A stretch of 64,000 nt of DNA, from the NCBI GenBank assembly GCA_964057225.1, contig OZ059896.1:11346001-11410000 (forward strand), read 5' to 3'. Shown one piece after another: positions 1 through 13,698 of this stretch (its first letter is position 1; each line of letters starts with the position of its first letter). The stretch comes from Auanema rhodensis (lineage: Eukaryota > Animalia > Nematoda). Under the pieces are notes generated by a model. That model did no database searches. It saw only the letters and a list, made by a program, of their open reading frames with translations, and was not told the DNA's origin. Made by a program: the position numbers and the translations under genes.

Positions 1-58
1 AAGAACTAAATAAAGTAATAATTACTAATCTATTTGAAAAAATAAAAGGATTTTTCAG

Positions 59-1593
59 CTAACAGAAGACTTAATGAGTGATCCAACCATTGTCAGAGAT
101 ATTATTCCTTTTCTGATTGGTGGATACCCATTAGATGTACGAATGGACTTAAGTTGGGATTATGATGACATCTTTATCTGGGTAGCGTATGAGGAAAAAC
201 TGATAGATGTAAGGTATGATATAACTATATAAACTTTTATTTTTTTTTATTTTCAAAAATGTATAGTAAATACAAGTAAATTATGATTTTAGAACTGATT
301 TTGTTCGTTGGAATGATAAAGTACTTGGAAACTGTTTCACATTCAATCATATGAATAGCTCTTTACTGTATAAAGGAAGAGGATCTGGTGTATCTGGAGG
401 TTTGTCATCGTAATGTATCTCGAATTTCACTCAAATATGCTAGCGCAGAATAGTCATCAAAGATCTTTTGATATAAGAAAACCATAGTGACCATAAATAA
501 TTAAATGAAAGGAGAAGAAATATAATGCTTGTTATAAAAAAAATTCAATTCAGGATTGGAACTACAGACGAATGTTCAACAAAAAGAATATTTGCCTTGG
601 ATTGAAACGGCTGCAATTCTTGTATTCACTCACAATTGGGATGAATCTATTTTTGCCGAATCACCTAGAATCAATTGCAGACCTAATAATTTAGTTCAAA
701 TGAATGTTCAACCAGTATTAATAGTTATATAAGTTATAATATAATATAATTTCGAATTCTAGATATATTATGAACGACTGGGGGGACGTTTTGGAAAATG
801 TGTGAAGAAGATCAGTGAAGTTACATCTTATTATTATGGTGGATCATACACAACCGATGTACGATATTTGTAATAATAGATTTATGTTATTAACCACATT
901 AGGGATGTTTACGATCCTGTTATCAAGATGTGATCAAAAATGAATGTGGTTGTATGGATCCAAGATATCCTGCTCCAGAAGATGAAGAATCATGCTCTCT
1001 TGCCAACAGTTTGAAAAACCGTAATACATTTGTATAGTTAATCTAATGTATTTGAGGATTATGTATTGAATCAGCATCAAATAGATTAGGAGATCCATCA
1101 AAATGGAAACAATGCAATTGTCCTTTACCTTGCTCAAATACAATTTACAATGTTGCTTTTTCTGAAACTAGTTACAAATCAAAGGTTTCTCATATCTGAT
1201 TTTTTCAAAAAATATAGAAGATTATAGAAAACAGCTTGTGAATTAAAGAGAGGAAAACTTCGTGATGAATGTTATGAACAGGAAGAAGATAAAGTTCTTC
1301 TGAGAACATCCATGCCATCATTAATCATTTTTGGTTTCATTGAAACCGAAGCTTTTGGGGTCAGTAAACAAGTAATAGTCTTCAGTAAAATTTCTATTTT
1401 ACAGCTTACTTCTTTCTTATCACGATTAGGAGGTCTTCTTGGTATTTTGATGGGTATATCTGCTATTTGTTTAATTGAATTCATTTTCTTAATATCACAA
1501 TTGATTTTTATATTTTGTTCGAATACAAAATTTACAGCACCGTTGTCCAAAAATCGATCGGGCATACGAAATTCAAAAGCCATGAAATGGTAA
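59..1593 (+). CDS. DEG/ENaC family ion channel, C-terminal part (multi-exon; 5' end lies upstream of the window)
   Basis: Spliced exons give LGNCFTFNH, EYLPWIETAAILVFTH, GCLRSCYQDVIKNECGCMDPRYP, CNCPLPC and TM2 FLSRLGGLLGILMGISAICLIEF; stop TAA at 1591-1593. Confidence 0.95.
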
Positions 1594-1748
1594 ATTTAAA
1601 ATATTTCTGCAAATTATTATTGAAATAAATATTAATCGTATCTCTTTAACTTATTTCAAATAGAATTAATGATATGTACTGCTTGTTAATAATAAATTAT
1701 ATTTAAAAAAAAGTTCTCTGAATTTATAAAATAATATAACTTATTAAA

Positions 1749-2942
1749 TTATAAATAAAATAAAGCAAAAATAAGCATTGAAACAACTCCCATTAGTATA
1801 ATACATATAATTGTCCATAAAAATTGTGCAAAACCACCACAACAGATATCACAGCAAATTGAAGTTTGTCTATCTTTGCGTGTATAAAGTTTTTGAGATT
1901 GAAATGGGATATTTGATGATGGACCAACAGGAAAATAAACAGGAGGACCGGGTGCTGATGGAAACCAAACCGGGACTGGAACTTCAGCAAATCTTCAATG
2001 ATAACAATTACTAACTGTATTCACATCTCACATTGTATATTTATATGAAATGTTGACGAAAATATAAAATACCTGGGATCTCGTTGATCCTGCATCCTTG
2101 GATCAACTAAAGACATCATACGAGGGTCGAATATTATCATTCTACCAACAGTTGATGCTGATCGAGACAATCTTTCATTCGCTTCATGATCTGATCTAAT
2201 AATAGTAGGATGCCTAAAAATATGTTTATGACACAAGCATAAGCATAAAGCATAAAATTATTTTTGAGCTCCATTCGAACGATTAATTCATTCAATTTAT
2301 TTATTGAAAATCTAGTATTGAAGTCAAACTCATATCAAAGATGTGCAAGAAAAGCTGGGAAAGAAAATTATACAAGATCTCATAGAACATTTTTTTAAAA
2401 GATATCGAAAGATATTCGATTTCTTTTCAATCAATATCCAAATAAAGAGTAGTACGCAAACAAATAAATCAGGGAAGACCTACGAAGTATATGTAAACAA
2501 GTTTCTTCCATATATCAAAATCTTTCTATTAAAATTTTTGATTAAACTCATATAATTAATTTAAAATATTTATATGTAATATAACAAAGAATTATTTGAA
2601 AAATACCTGGATATGCTTGGAGGTGGTAGATTTCGATAGTCTGATATATTGGTATTATATGGAACAGTCCATTCTTCTTCTGAGGGAGTGGCACTCCATT
2701 TGGGAAATACCTGAAATGAAATATGTTTGAAATTAATATTTTTTAAGATTTAAAAATAAGGAAATTCTTCTAATATTTAAATACTGTTGAATGAATTACT
2801 TGAAATTATCATACATCAACTATATAAGTATAATTTTAATATATAACAAGCATATTTAATAATTATATTATATTAAATGAAAATAAAAAAAAAATTTAAT
2901 AATAGAAAAACAAACCATTGGAGATTGGCAAGAATAACTCAT
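1749..2942 (-). CDS. Proline-rich orphan protein with a Cys cluster and C-terminal TM helix (tail-anchored candidate), 4 exons
   Basis: MSYSCQSPM|VFPKWSATPSEEEWTVPY...|HPTIIRSDHEANE...DPR|FAEVPVPVWFPSAPGPPVYFP...ICCDICCGGFAQFLWTIICIILMGVVSMLIFALFYL*; GT-AG introns are phase-consistent. Confidence 0.75.
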
Positions 2943-3066
2943 TTTATTTTCAAATTTCTTTGGCAATACTTATTGAATTGAGAGCTTAGTAGGTTGATTG
3001 AAGGCTACATAAGGTGCAATGCAATGACCTCTTCTATTACTTCCTATGACCGCCAGAGTTCTTTAT

Positions 3067-3828
3067 TTAGATACTGAGCAATAGCGAAATATATAGACAA
3101 AGGCGAAAGGTAATAGAATAATATTAGATAGAAAGAACATAGAGAACAAGAAGAACATATATCGAAAATTTGAAAAAAACTTACATCACGGCTATGTCTC
3201 CGTTCACTTGCACTTCTTTGAACACTTGCTGATGCTTCTTGAGCTAATGTACATTTTAAGATTTCATGCCGTTTTTGAGGTGCTATTTTACGTGTTGTTT
3301 GAGCTTTATATGGGAATCTATCTAAATAATGAAGATTTGTGTCAAGTAGTAGATTATGTGCTTCATACCAATAGAATGATGAGCATCAATCTGATTCTCT
3401 ATCGTATTATCTATTTTAGAAACTGAAATAATTTTAATTTTGTATATTAAGTTTATTTACTTTATCCATATATAGTACATTGATATCTTAAAATAATTAA
3501 AAATTCATAACATACTTCTTTCCTGTCTATTTTTTTCGCTGAGGTGCCTAGCTATACTGCGTACAGAACCCATGCTGGGTCTGCGAACGGAGCCAATGCA
3601 CGAATCATCTTGAGTAACTGACATCGAACATGTTCCACTAATATCTACAAAGAACAAATTAATAATTATCTTAATGATCATACCTTTTCTGTTTTGGTAC
3701 AAGTCTTCTTCAACTTCGGATAGCGTGCCCAGTTCAATAGTTTTACTACGAGCGCTTCCAGGCATATACCTGCGCCTGGAACGTGATGGTCCTGGAACTG
3801 CTGCCCCGGAGGCACCTTCCGCGTCCAT
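3067..3828 (-). CDS. Uncharacterised hydrophilic protein, ~5 exons
   Basis: MDAEGASGAAVPGPSRSRRRYMPG...SKTIELGTLSEVEEDLYQNRK|DISGTCS...|SKIDNTIENQ...|RFPYKAQTTRKIAPQKRHE...AVII*; GC-richer exons with phase-consistent introns; last exon less certain. Confidence 0.7.
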
Positions 3829-3836
3829 GATTATCG

Positions 3837-3867
<31 letters not shown>

Positions 3868-5749
3868 TAATAATATAAATGTGTATACTTATAGATGGAA
3901 ACAAACTGAAAAAATTTTTTTACTGGATAATAAATATAAATAATTTCAAATATGATCAAGAAGTACTGAGTTCGAAAGTTTTAAATATGGAATGGTAGAC
4001 TCATAAAACTTTGTGGATAGACGAAAAGCTAGTCACTGCTACTTATGCTTCTTTCTTTTCTTTTCTTGCGCTGGTCACTTCGAGTGTGCGAGCTCTCTGT
4101 ACTATTAGAAGCCCTGAAGCTCTCATCGGGACTTCTAGTCTGACTGTTATCAAGTTTTTCTTTTCTCTTTTCTCTTATATTGCTAGTATTCTCTTCGAAT
4201 ATTTCACCATTTCTCTCAGTTCCATCCTTCGCTCTATGGTAACCCTCAAATCTCGCATCGTTGTACTCTCATGAACAGTTTGATCTTTCTTCAAAACGTT
4301 TCGAGTATTTTCTTCCCGTTCTTTCTATCACACTATGTCTTACTTCGTTGGACGAAGCTTAGAAAAGAAAAGAGAACCGCAACTGAAGCAGAAAGCTTAT
4401 GAAGATGGGTAGAACGAACGGTTTAGGACGATGAGACTTAGTTCAAATAGCACGCGACGGTCTAGATTGAAATAAAGAAAGTTGTTATAAATAGTGAGAG
4501 AGAGAGAGGAAGAGAGAAAGAGGAAGAGGAAGAGAGAAAAATACAGAGAGAGATAGAGAGAGAGAATTAAAAAGATTGAGAAAAGGAGAAACAAGAAGAA
4601 TAATACAGTAAAACACTGTATGAATGAAGAAAAGAAGATTGGTAACAACACGTATGGGCTCTTTTCACTATGAATGATTTGTTTGCTTTAATAAAAAATC
4701 TGAGTTTCGTTTTTGAAAAAGGGTGTAACAAACTGAAAAGATAAAATTTTCTTTACCATAAATGAAAAGAAAAAAGTGAATTTTATAATGTTTTTGAACA
4801 TATAATTAAATTGTTTCGTTGTTGTTAATACATATTTGATTAATTCTCAGAGCATCATATCTCTCTTATAGTGAAGTCGGGAATAAAAAAGTTTTCGAGT
4901 GCTTACACAAATATGAACAAATACATCTTGCAAAATTAAAGAAATCTTTTTATTATTATTTTTTTTTCTTTTACACGATATTTGTATTTAAAATTTAGAC
5001 ATAATCGTTAAGGGTCAATGAGTATAAATAGTTTAAAATATAAAATAAATTATATTTTGCATAAATATAATAAATAAATTAAATAATATTTATAAAATAT
5101 TATTTAAATTTAATTATTTTATAATATTATAAATGGTTAAACTAGAATGTGTTGATTTATTACAGTGATTGAAGGAACATACATCTAATGAGAAGGACTA
5201 AGAGAGAGATAGAAATATAGAAAGAGCCTAGGAAAGGAGAATGTGAACGGTAAAGTGATGTCTGAAAATTCAATCTCGTAGCCTTGTATTCTTTCAAATA
5301 TTTATTATTCGTCTGGTCGGTGAGTAGATATACAAAAGCTGGTGTGTGTCGTTACAAGCTTGTTGACTGCTGATGAAGGATGTACGATACGTAGACTCTT
5401 GCCCAGCATCGTCATGCTCTTTAACGTGAACGTAACTAATTAAAGTTTCCTATAATAAATACAAATATTATTATAAAATTATATGAAAATGATTATTAAA
5501 GGTTTTTTAAAATATTTTATTACTTATATACAATATAATTAAACTTATAAAAACTTCTTCATAAAATATATCTTAATACATACATGTACATAGTATATAA
5601 ATCGGTCAAATTGGATTTCCAATTTCTCAACATATTTTCTCTGATCTAATCATTTTAGATTCTAACCTACACACACACACACACACATACACACTTACAT
5701 ATACTTATTATATATAATTAAGTTTTATATTAATATAAATATATATAAT

Positions 5750-6314
5750 ATGTATTTGAATTTATTATATTTTTTCTCACTTATATGTATAGTATATTCT
5801 TTAATTAGATGGGGTATGTTTTAATTTATAAATTAAAGAAATGTATGTAATAATTATAAATTTCTTTAGATAAAAGAACTATTTCATGTAATATTGATGA
5901 TTGTTTGCTAAGTAAAGGAACCAATAGTACATTTGAACGTGCTCATTGTGTATTAGATGGTTTGATTATAAATAATAAGAAATAATTTTATTATATATAT
6001 ATAATTTATTTAGCAACTGGAAGACACGAATGTGATATTGAGTGTGATTCAGCTGATCGTGATTCTGTTATAGCAAAGTTTCCAAATGGAAATCGCAAAT
6101 GTTTGAGGTTATTAAATTAAATATCTGTTATCATATAAATATATATATATATATATATCACATAATATAATATATTTTGTTTCTTTCAAGATTTTATTCC
6201 TACAATACTTTGAGAAAAAGTGGAAAATGGGTTTTGTGGAGATCTGACATGTGCGCTCAACAGAAGATTACTTTTGAAGTATTTTGTGGTGTCCCGCTAC
6301 AGGACACCTTATAA
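5750..6314 (+). CDS. Small secreted Cys-rich protein (paralogue 1 of a tandem pair), 4 exons
   Basis: Signal peptide MYLNLLYFFSLICIVYS, then RW|DKRTISCNIDDCLL...ECDIECDSADRDSVIAKFPNGNRKCL|RFYSYNT...WVLWRSDMC...FCGVPLQDTL*. Confidence 0.85.
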
Positions 6315-6704
6315 TATATATATTTATAGTTTAAATGTTGTATTTTGTTTTGTTAAATAAGAAATATAATAATTTATTAATTATGAATATTTGAATGATA
6401 TATCTTAAATAAGCTGGATATGAAACAAGTGTTTGCAAGACAGGTTTGAAACTTATAATTGCATAATATTATTCAAAAAGAGAGATAGAAGATATACAAA
6501 TATGTTCCTCGTATGTTCTAAACACGTTTAGTCAATGGTTCAACTTCATATATAAGAATGTATGATAACATGATTCAACTCATATATCTTAAATTGTTCT
6601 ATTCATAATATTTTTATTTCAAATTATAAACATTTTACTATTATATTTATAAATTATTAAGCATATATTTCCTTTTTTCATATAATGCATAGTTGTTGTT
6701 ACAG

Positions 6705-7406
6705 ATGACACCGTATTTCCTACTTATAATCGTATTTGTTTCAAGTATTAATGCTGAAGATGACTTCTGGAATAGATGGGGTTACTAAACTTTTGTGAAA
6801 ATCACTCCTTATAACCATTATCGTTTTAGAAAAACGTACTGTTGATTGTGTTAATAGAAACGGCGATTGCTTGCTGATCGCACCTGATGCTAATCCACCC
6901 CGAGATCCCAAAAACTATAAGTATGATCAACAACTTTACCTACATAATCGTGAAAGTTATATCTTTATTTCCAGATGTCGAAGAGAACCAATGCCCCAAA
7001 CTCAGTGGAACACCTTAGCCCAAAATTCTACTACTCGTATTGCGTGTCCATTAGGATGCGAGCCAGATTTTGATCTTTCGGTAATATAATATTATATTAC
7101 ATCATATAATCTATAATACCTATAATATATAATCATTTTTTAAAATCATTTTTATAGGTTTTACAAAAAGTTCCTTATGTGAATCCAAAATGTCAGAAAT
7201 ATTATACTTATGGTAAATATCGTGATAATGATGCTAATGATTGGTATGATATTGCTTAACTATATTCTATATCAAATGATTATTGATTAAGGTTTATTTG
7301 GATGACAGAACCATGTGAAGCTGCAATTACAACACATTGTCGCTTTAAAGATATTCCTCAAGGAGTGAAAAGTCAACGAAAACATAAACAATTAGCTTTA
7401 TCATAA
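6705..7406 (+). CDS. Small secreted Cys-rich protein (paralogue 2), 5 exons
   Basis: MTPYFLLIIVFVSSINA signal, RW|EKRTVDCVNRNGDCLL...ACPLGCEPDFDLS|VLQKVPYVNPKCQKYYTYG...W|FIWMTEPC...HCRF; ATG directly follows a TTACAG acceptor (possible trans-splice site). Confidence 0.88.
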
Positions 7407-9010
7407 TAGTTAACTTGTATTCAATATTTATATTTATTTTCAATATTATTTTCAATGATTTTTGTATTTTCTTTCTTGTTATCCTGTCGTATCAGGATTT
7501 TTTCACATAAATGTTTTTGTTATTTTTCTCTCTTTAAATGTATAATACTGATTAATTCAAATCGAATCCAAAGCTGATAAAATGTTGGAAAAAAGCTTTT
7601 AAAAAGGAATAATTAATCCATATATATATATAATTATAAAATAAGAATATTCTATATAATTTTGTAAACTTTATTATGTTTAAATAGTTTATGAACAACA
7701 AATTATTTCAATTTTAGTGTAATAGCGACAAACTTCGTTGGATTATATTAATAATTGCTGAAGCATTTGAAAATTTATTCATACATACATACATTTATAT
7801 ACAAACAACACGATAAGAATAAGCTTTTTTCTATATAATTATATTATTCTTTAAAAATTATAGTAAAGCATCAATAACATTTTAACTATATGTATGATTA
7901 TTTTTTATTTTTCATAACAATACGTATGTACTTTTATCTTGTTCTTAACATTCGTAGTAAATTTGTACAACCACTGATCAATAACACCTATCACTTAGTT
8001 ATAATTATATTTTTATTTTAAATTGCTTCTTCGACATCATATCATCTTATTCTTAGTTTTTTTTGTTTGTTTCGTTTAATTTTTATTTATATATATCTAT
8101 ATATTGAAATTTTATAATAAAAGATAACATACGATATCAGATTTAAATCATTTTAAATTAAATTGTCATTAGATCTTTTGATTTGAAAAAAAAACAATTA
8201 CAATGAATTTCTTCAAATTATTCAATAATCATGCAATCAATTATAAATATTTTCTTGTATTTCTATAATTGTCGTAAAGTTCATTCATATTTTCAGTATG
8301 TGCTACAAAGCATATAGCGTTTCAAGTACAAACTAGAATATATTAATTCGACATTTATTCGGAAGATCTATCAGGTTTTTATCATATTATCAAAAGTGAG
8401 ATACGACTTCAAATATTTGTATTATATACATATATGAATTGTTAGAAATTATTTTTAAATAATTTGTTCTTTTTTCTTTTGAAAAATTGATTATTTATAT
8501 ACTATATATCACATATTTTATATAATTTGATGCAAAATGTTGGAAAAATCAAAAATATTTTTTGAAATATGATATTATTCAGTAGTATTACTTAGTTGAA
8601 GCCGTTTTCTTAACATACTTTAGTATATATACATGCAACTTGAAGATAATTTATAAAGAATGTCCAACTTACAAGCTTTAAAGAATTAATAACTAAAACG
8701 TTAAGAGTGATGACGTAAATATCATATCTTACATGAATAAGCGAATCAAATCTAGTTGATAAGAACAACTTAGCAACTATTTGCGTCATTTATTTTTATC
8801 TTTCTATCTTTATATACGAAAGATAAGTTGGTGTGCGGATAACTGTGACGAAGTCAATTTTACATCAATATAGTCTATTTTTATATTAATGAATCATCAG
8901 TGCAGTCAAATTTTAGAAAAGATCTAGTATCTGAATTGAAGACAAGATACAAATTATTAGAGAAAAATGCATGCGTGATGGAGAGAGAGAGTGAATGATA
9001 AATGAATAAG

Positions 9011-9014
<4 letters not shown>

Positions 9015-9072
<58 letters not shown>
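9015..9072. repeat. (GA)n microsatellite
   Basis: Direct inspection. Confidence 0.95.
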
Positions 9073-9073
<1 letters not shown>

Positions 9074-10668
9074 AGGTGTGGAAAGAGGGTGTGGAAAGAG
9101 GGTGGGACGAGTAACAACCGAAACAATGAGAAAAAAAGAAATAGGCAAAAGGTATCCTAAGATTCTAGTTGCAATCGCGAAAACTTTCTTTTATCACTTT
9201 TGACTGAACATGTTGGAATAAAACATTATGACGAAGTACTCCGTCGCATTTCTAATACCGACAAGAGAAAAAAATTAGAGAACTGAAAATTATCGCAATT
9301 GGGATAAGAAGAAAATAAGATTTAGTTGGTTTCGCGGGGGGCAGATTCCGCCGTTTGATTCTTCACCGGTCAAATTTGGGCAACGGGAAAGTTTCAGAGA
9401 ATGAGGAGAACTAATGTTGAAAGACTTATGCTTGACAAATTCAGTGAACTTACGGATGATTACTCCGTCCTTTTTTCTCCTTGCAGCAATCATGTGGTTT
9501 TCTTTTTCCTACTTTTCTTTTCCATCCTCTCTTCCTCTATTAACTCTATCTCTTTAACATTCTACCGATCTATCGTTTTGCTCTCTCCTCTATCTTATGC
9601 GCTCTCACCATTTCGTCTTTTTTGTCTTTCCTTTTCCTACCTTTCAATCAATCTATCTTTATAAATGTTTCCTTTTCATTTTCTGCTAAACTATAAAGAA
9701 AAAAGAGTAAGTATCATGTCTGTTTCTACTAACAATTCTCTTTATCTTTCGTTCTACTTACTAAACTCTGTCTGTGATACTTTCACTTTCATTAGTGTAT
9801 GTAACAACTTATCATTCAAACAAAATTCAAAGGTAATCAGCCTTAAGTTGATAAATATTCCTGCAGCAACAATTTTTTACTTCATACTCCATGATGTTCG
9901 AAAATGTATGTTATTTAATCTGTTATTATTCATACTAAGTAAAATTAAAAACTGAAACTAATAGCTATATTCAAAATATTTGTTAATTTACTAATTTTAT
10001 AAATAATCAACTAATTAAATATTTTAAAACTTATTCTTAATTCTGATATTCTTTACAATCGTCTTAAAACTATATTCTCGATATTTTATATGATATATCA
10101 TTCATTTTCAACTCATTTTATTATAATTGCTTATACATATGTTAGTTTTTATCTTCTTGTTTTTCGTTTTTTTTTTTGGATAATATACTTCGTTCATTCA
10201 TGCATTCATTGAATTTTTCAATCTCATCTTTTACCTAATACTTGATCATCCGATTGATATATGTCTTTAATTTTTGAGATAGTAAGATATTCCGATATAA
10301 AAAACAAGGAAGTCTAAAAAGGAAATCAATAGTTCAAGATCGTAATGTAGGCAAAATAATTGGTCTTAATTGATTGTTATCGTTATGGGTATACCATAGG
10401 ATTCACTTGAAATGTATGAAACATCAAAGAATAACTATTACATTAGTTTTCCAACAATCCATCTTTTAATACATTAAAGAACAAAAAATATATAATAAGT
10501 ATCAAAATCCCTTTTGTTTTAAACAATTTTAGATGCACAAATGATGATTTTAATGAAAATTTCAAGTTAAACTTATATTTTTAGTTTTTATTATATTCCA
10601 TGAAAAACGGATTGATACATCATCATCATTAATAAACGTCAACTTTATCTTAAGTTATAAAGAAACCG

Positions 10669-11352
10669 ATTTCTAATTCATTTAAGCACTTGAAGGTGTG
10701 GGAAATCATGCTAACTGAAACAAATAGTTAGCTAAAAAGAGATGATAATCATTGATAATCCCATAGGACAAAATAGTATAAAGAGAGATTACATTGTTGT
10801 TTTAAAGAGCTTCTAATTATTTTAACTATAATCTCTCAGTATCTTAGTTGCTTCATATTATCAAAGCGATCAAATACATTGTAGTATATGAATCTAAACA
10901 AAGGCTTAGTTTTAAGTGAAAACCTTTTTGATCCGACAATTCACAAACAGTTTTCATCTTTTCTGTAATGCTTTAACTGAAAATATTACTTTTCTCTTTT
11001 CTCAGCAATAATTTTCGTGAATATATATTTGTTTTACTAAAACTTTTAGAAACACAATTTTTATAATTCAAACTAAAATAATTTGATATGAAAAATCGCT
11101 TTTATGATACGATTGACAAAGCTTATATTCAAAATTGAAACTGAATTTTTTTCCTCAACTATGCGTTCTAAATTATAATTGAGAATTGAGCTGAGAATTC
11201 ATTTCTAATTTAGTTAAGCACTTGAAGGTGTGGGAAGTCATATTAACTGAAACAATTAGTTGACTGAAAAGAGATGATAATCCCATAGAACATAATAATA
11301 TAATAAGATTGTTATGCTGTTTTAAAATGCTTCTGATACTTCTAACTATAAT
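10669..11352. repeat. Diverged ~150-160 bp direct repeat (copies at 10669-10832 and 11201-11352)
   Basis: Both copies read ATTTCTAATT..TTAAGCACTTGAAGGTGTGGGAA.TCAT..TAACTGAAACAA.TAGTT..CT.AAAAGAGATGATAATC...CCATAG...AACTATAAT. Confidence 0.9.
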
Positions 11353-12341
11353 TTCCTTAATGACCATAGTAATAACTATATTCAATTTAGTTTTAAAACA
11401 TATAATTAAGAAGAAAACTTCTACTTTTATCTGAATTCGTCATATTTGAGTTGCAAAGTTTTGACATTCTTTTAGTTTATGACACATACTCAATGGTATT
11501 ATGTGTGTTATCTTATTGCTCAGAGATTATTTGATTCGAAACTATTTCGTTGATCGGGTTCAGTTCAAATGAAGCCTTTCCATTAATTCCTTGTTTTCAA
11601 GAAATAATATATTAGTATCTTTTATAAGTTATATGATTTAATTTTACTTAATTTCAAACATTATTGAAGTTGAATTCAATTTTACTTAAAGTTTTTTGAA
11701 AACTTTGAATATAAACGGTAATACATATAGTTATTATATAATAACTATCATTATAATATTCTCATACTCGTTCTGTTCTAGTTTCACAACAAGAAAAAGA
11801 GTTTTTGCCTGCTAAACTTAAACAGGACAATTTTATTTGGCCAAATAATGATATAAGAATCACTTTGTTTCAAATTGTGATCATTTATGTGATAAAGATA
11901 ACATTTCCATCAATTTTGCGTCTGAAAGTGGAGCGACGTGATGCGATCGATTTGTTGGTTCTAACACTAACTATTTGTTGTGGACAAGGTGAATGTGAAA
12001 TGGTTTTAGGGTAACATTGTTTTGATAAACAATATCTTTTTCATATTCTAAACTGTATTTGTTCAAGTTTGAATCAAGCTTTAAGCTATTTATTGAACAA
12101 ATGATGATCAATGCCTTCTTTCTGTATTAGACAATGATCTAGCGGAGTTTCACATTAGAATATGGTTCAGATATTGTAACAACAATACAACAATCTACAA
12201 ATATTATTTCCTAAATTTAAAACTTAATGATAATCAAAAGCTTGATTATTCTTTAGCTTTCATGATTTTTGTTAGTAGAAAAATGACGAAAAAGAACTAA
12301 ATGATTTTAATATTTCATAAGACATACGCACGAAAATACTA

Positions 12342-12565
<224 letters not shown>

Positions 12566-13689
12566 TAAGAACTTTCTCTTAAAGCAGAAATATAATTTTT
12601 TTTGTAATTTTGAAAATCTTTAAGTTATTTTATATCATAAAGGAGAATAACTATATTAATTATATATTAAAATATATTTGTATAAATTAATAATTAATAT
12701 ATAAAAATTTAGTTTTAAAAAATAATTACGTTGAAAACTTTTATTTCATTGATCATATTTAGTTGAAGAGCTTTAATCTTTTTTTTTCATTTATGTTAAT
12801 GATAAGCACTATACTTCTCAAATGGTCATCAGCTTATATAGCTCATGAAAGCCATAGAATAAAATTAATGTATGCTTTGTACCTGTTTTTTTCGTTTTTG
12901 GGATTTCATTGAGAAGCAAATTAAGCTTTGAGAAATTTACAAGCTTAAAATGCAACATATGTGAATTAATGATTCTCTCTTGTTCGCAACTATTGAGAGA
13001 TGTAGCGGAGCACTCTTTATTAATTTTTAATTCAGAAACAGGGAACTTTCCCTGACATTAACGGGAGATAGCAAGAAGAGTTAGGAAGATAAATAGTGTT
13101 GACAGAATAGGAGGGTAGGAGGATGTAGAAAGAGAGAGAAAAGAGAGAGAGAGATAGAGAGAGAGGGGAGAGGAAGGAAACGAGGGAGGAGGCAGGAGGT
13201 GTGAGTGCAGGGGGAGGGCAGTGGAGGGATATAAGAGAGTAAAACGAAATCGAAAAAGAGGAAGAGAGAGAAGAAGAAGAACTCAGCATGGGGAAGTTCG
13301 AATAACCTCCTGAGGGCTCAAATGAATAAAAAGGAATGTTAGGAAACGAGGATGGATAGAATGAGGTAAAGCCTGGATACAAAGCACCTAGACAGCGATA
13401 AGAGTAAACTGAATAGAGAAAGAGCAAGACCTAGATGACGGCAGTAATCGAATTGGAAAAAAAGGAGAATTGTGATGAAAATTGAGGAATGAGATATACA
13501 TAGAAGGACAGAGAAAATAGTGTAGATCAGAGAAATGAAGGAGAGCAAGGGGAAGAGACTGAGACAGAAATATATAGAATAGAGAAAGAGAGACTACGAA
13601 ACGATGGTAGGCAGAGAGCAGGCATTAGGGGGGGGCATGGACATTCAGCTTCTCGTAAATGAAGCCTTCAGCTCGTCAGTCCCACGTAA

Positions 13690-13698
13690 GTCACGTGA
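13690..13698. promoter_or_regulatory. Palindromic E-box GTCACGTGA (bHLH-ZIP/HLH-30-type site) in a GC-richer block after a purine-rich tract
   Basis: TCACGTGA at 13691-13698 next to CCACGT at 13682-13687; motif match only. Confidence 0.35.

Noticed and set aside
5360-5420. Possible miRNA or snoRNA hairpin in a GC-richer block
   Set aside because: The stem has many mismatches and no complete C/D or H/ACA box set.
5809-5813. Apparent 5-nt micro-exon TAG|ATGGG|GT
   Set aside because: The frame extends upstream to ATG 5750 and encodes a signal peptide, so it is the end of a normal first exon.
8881-9148. ORFs rich in SL/ER repeats (also 4397-4651, 13032-13548, 23152-23422, 43852-44278)
   Set aside because: Translation artefacts of (CT)/(GA) microsatellites and purine-biased tracts.
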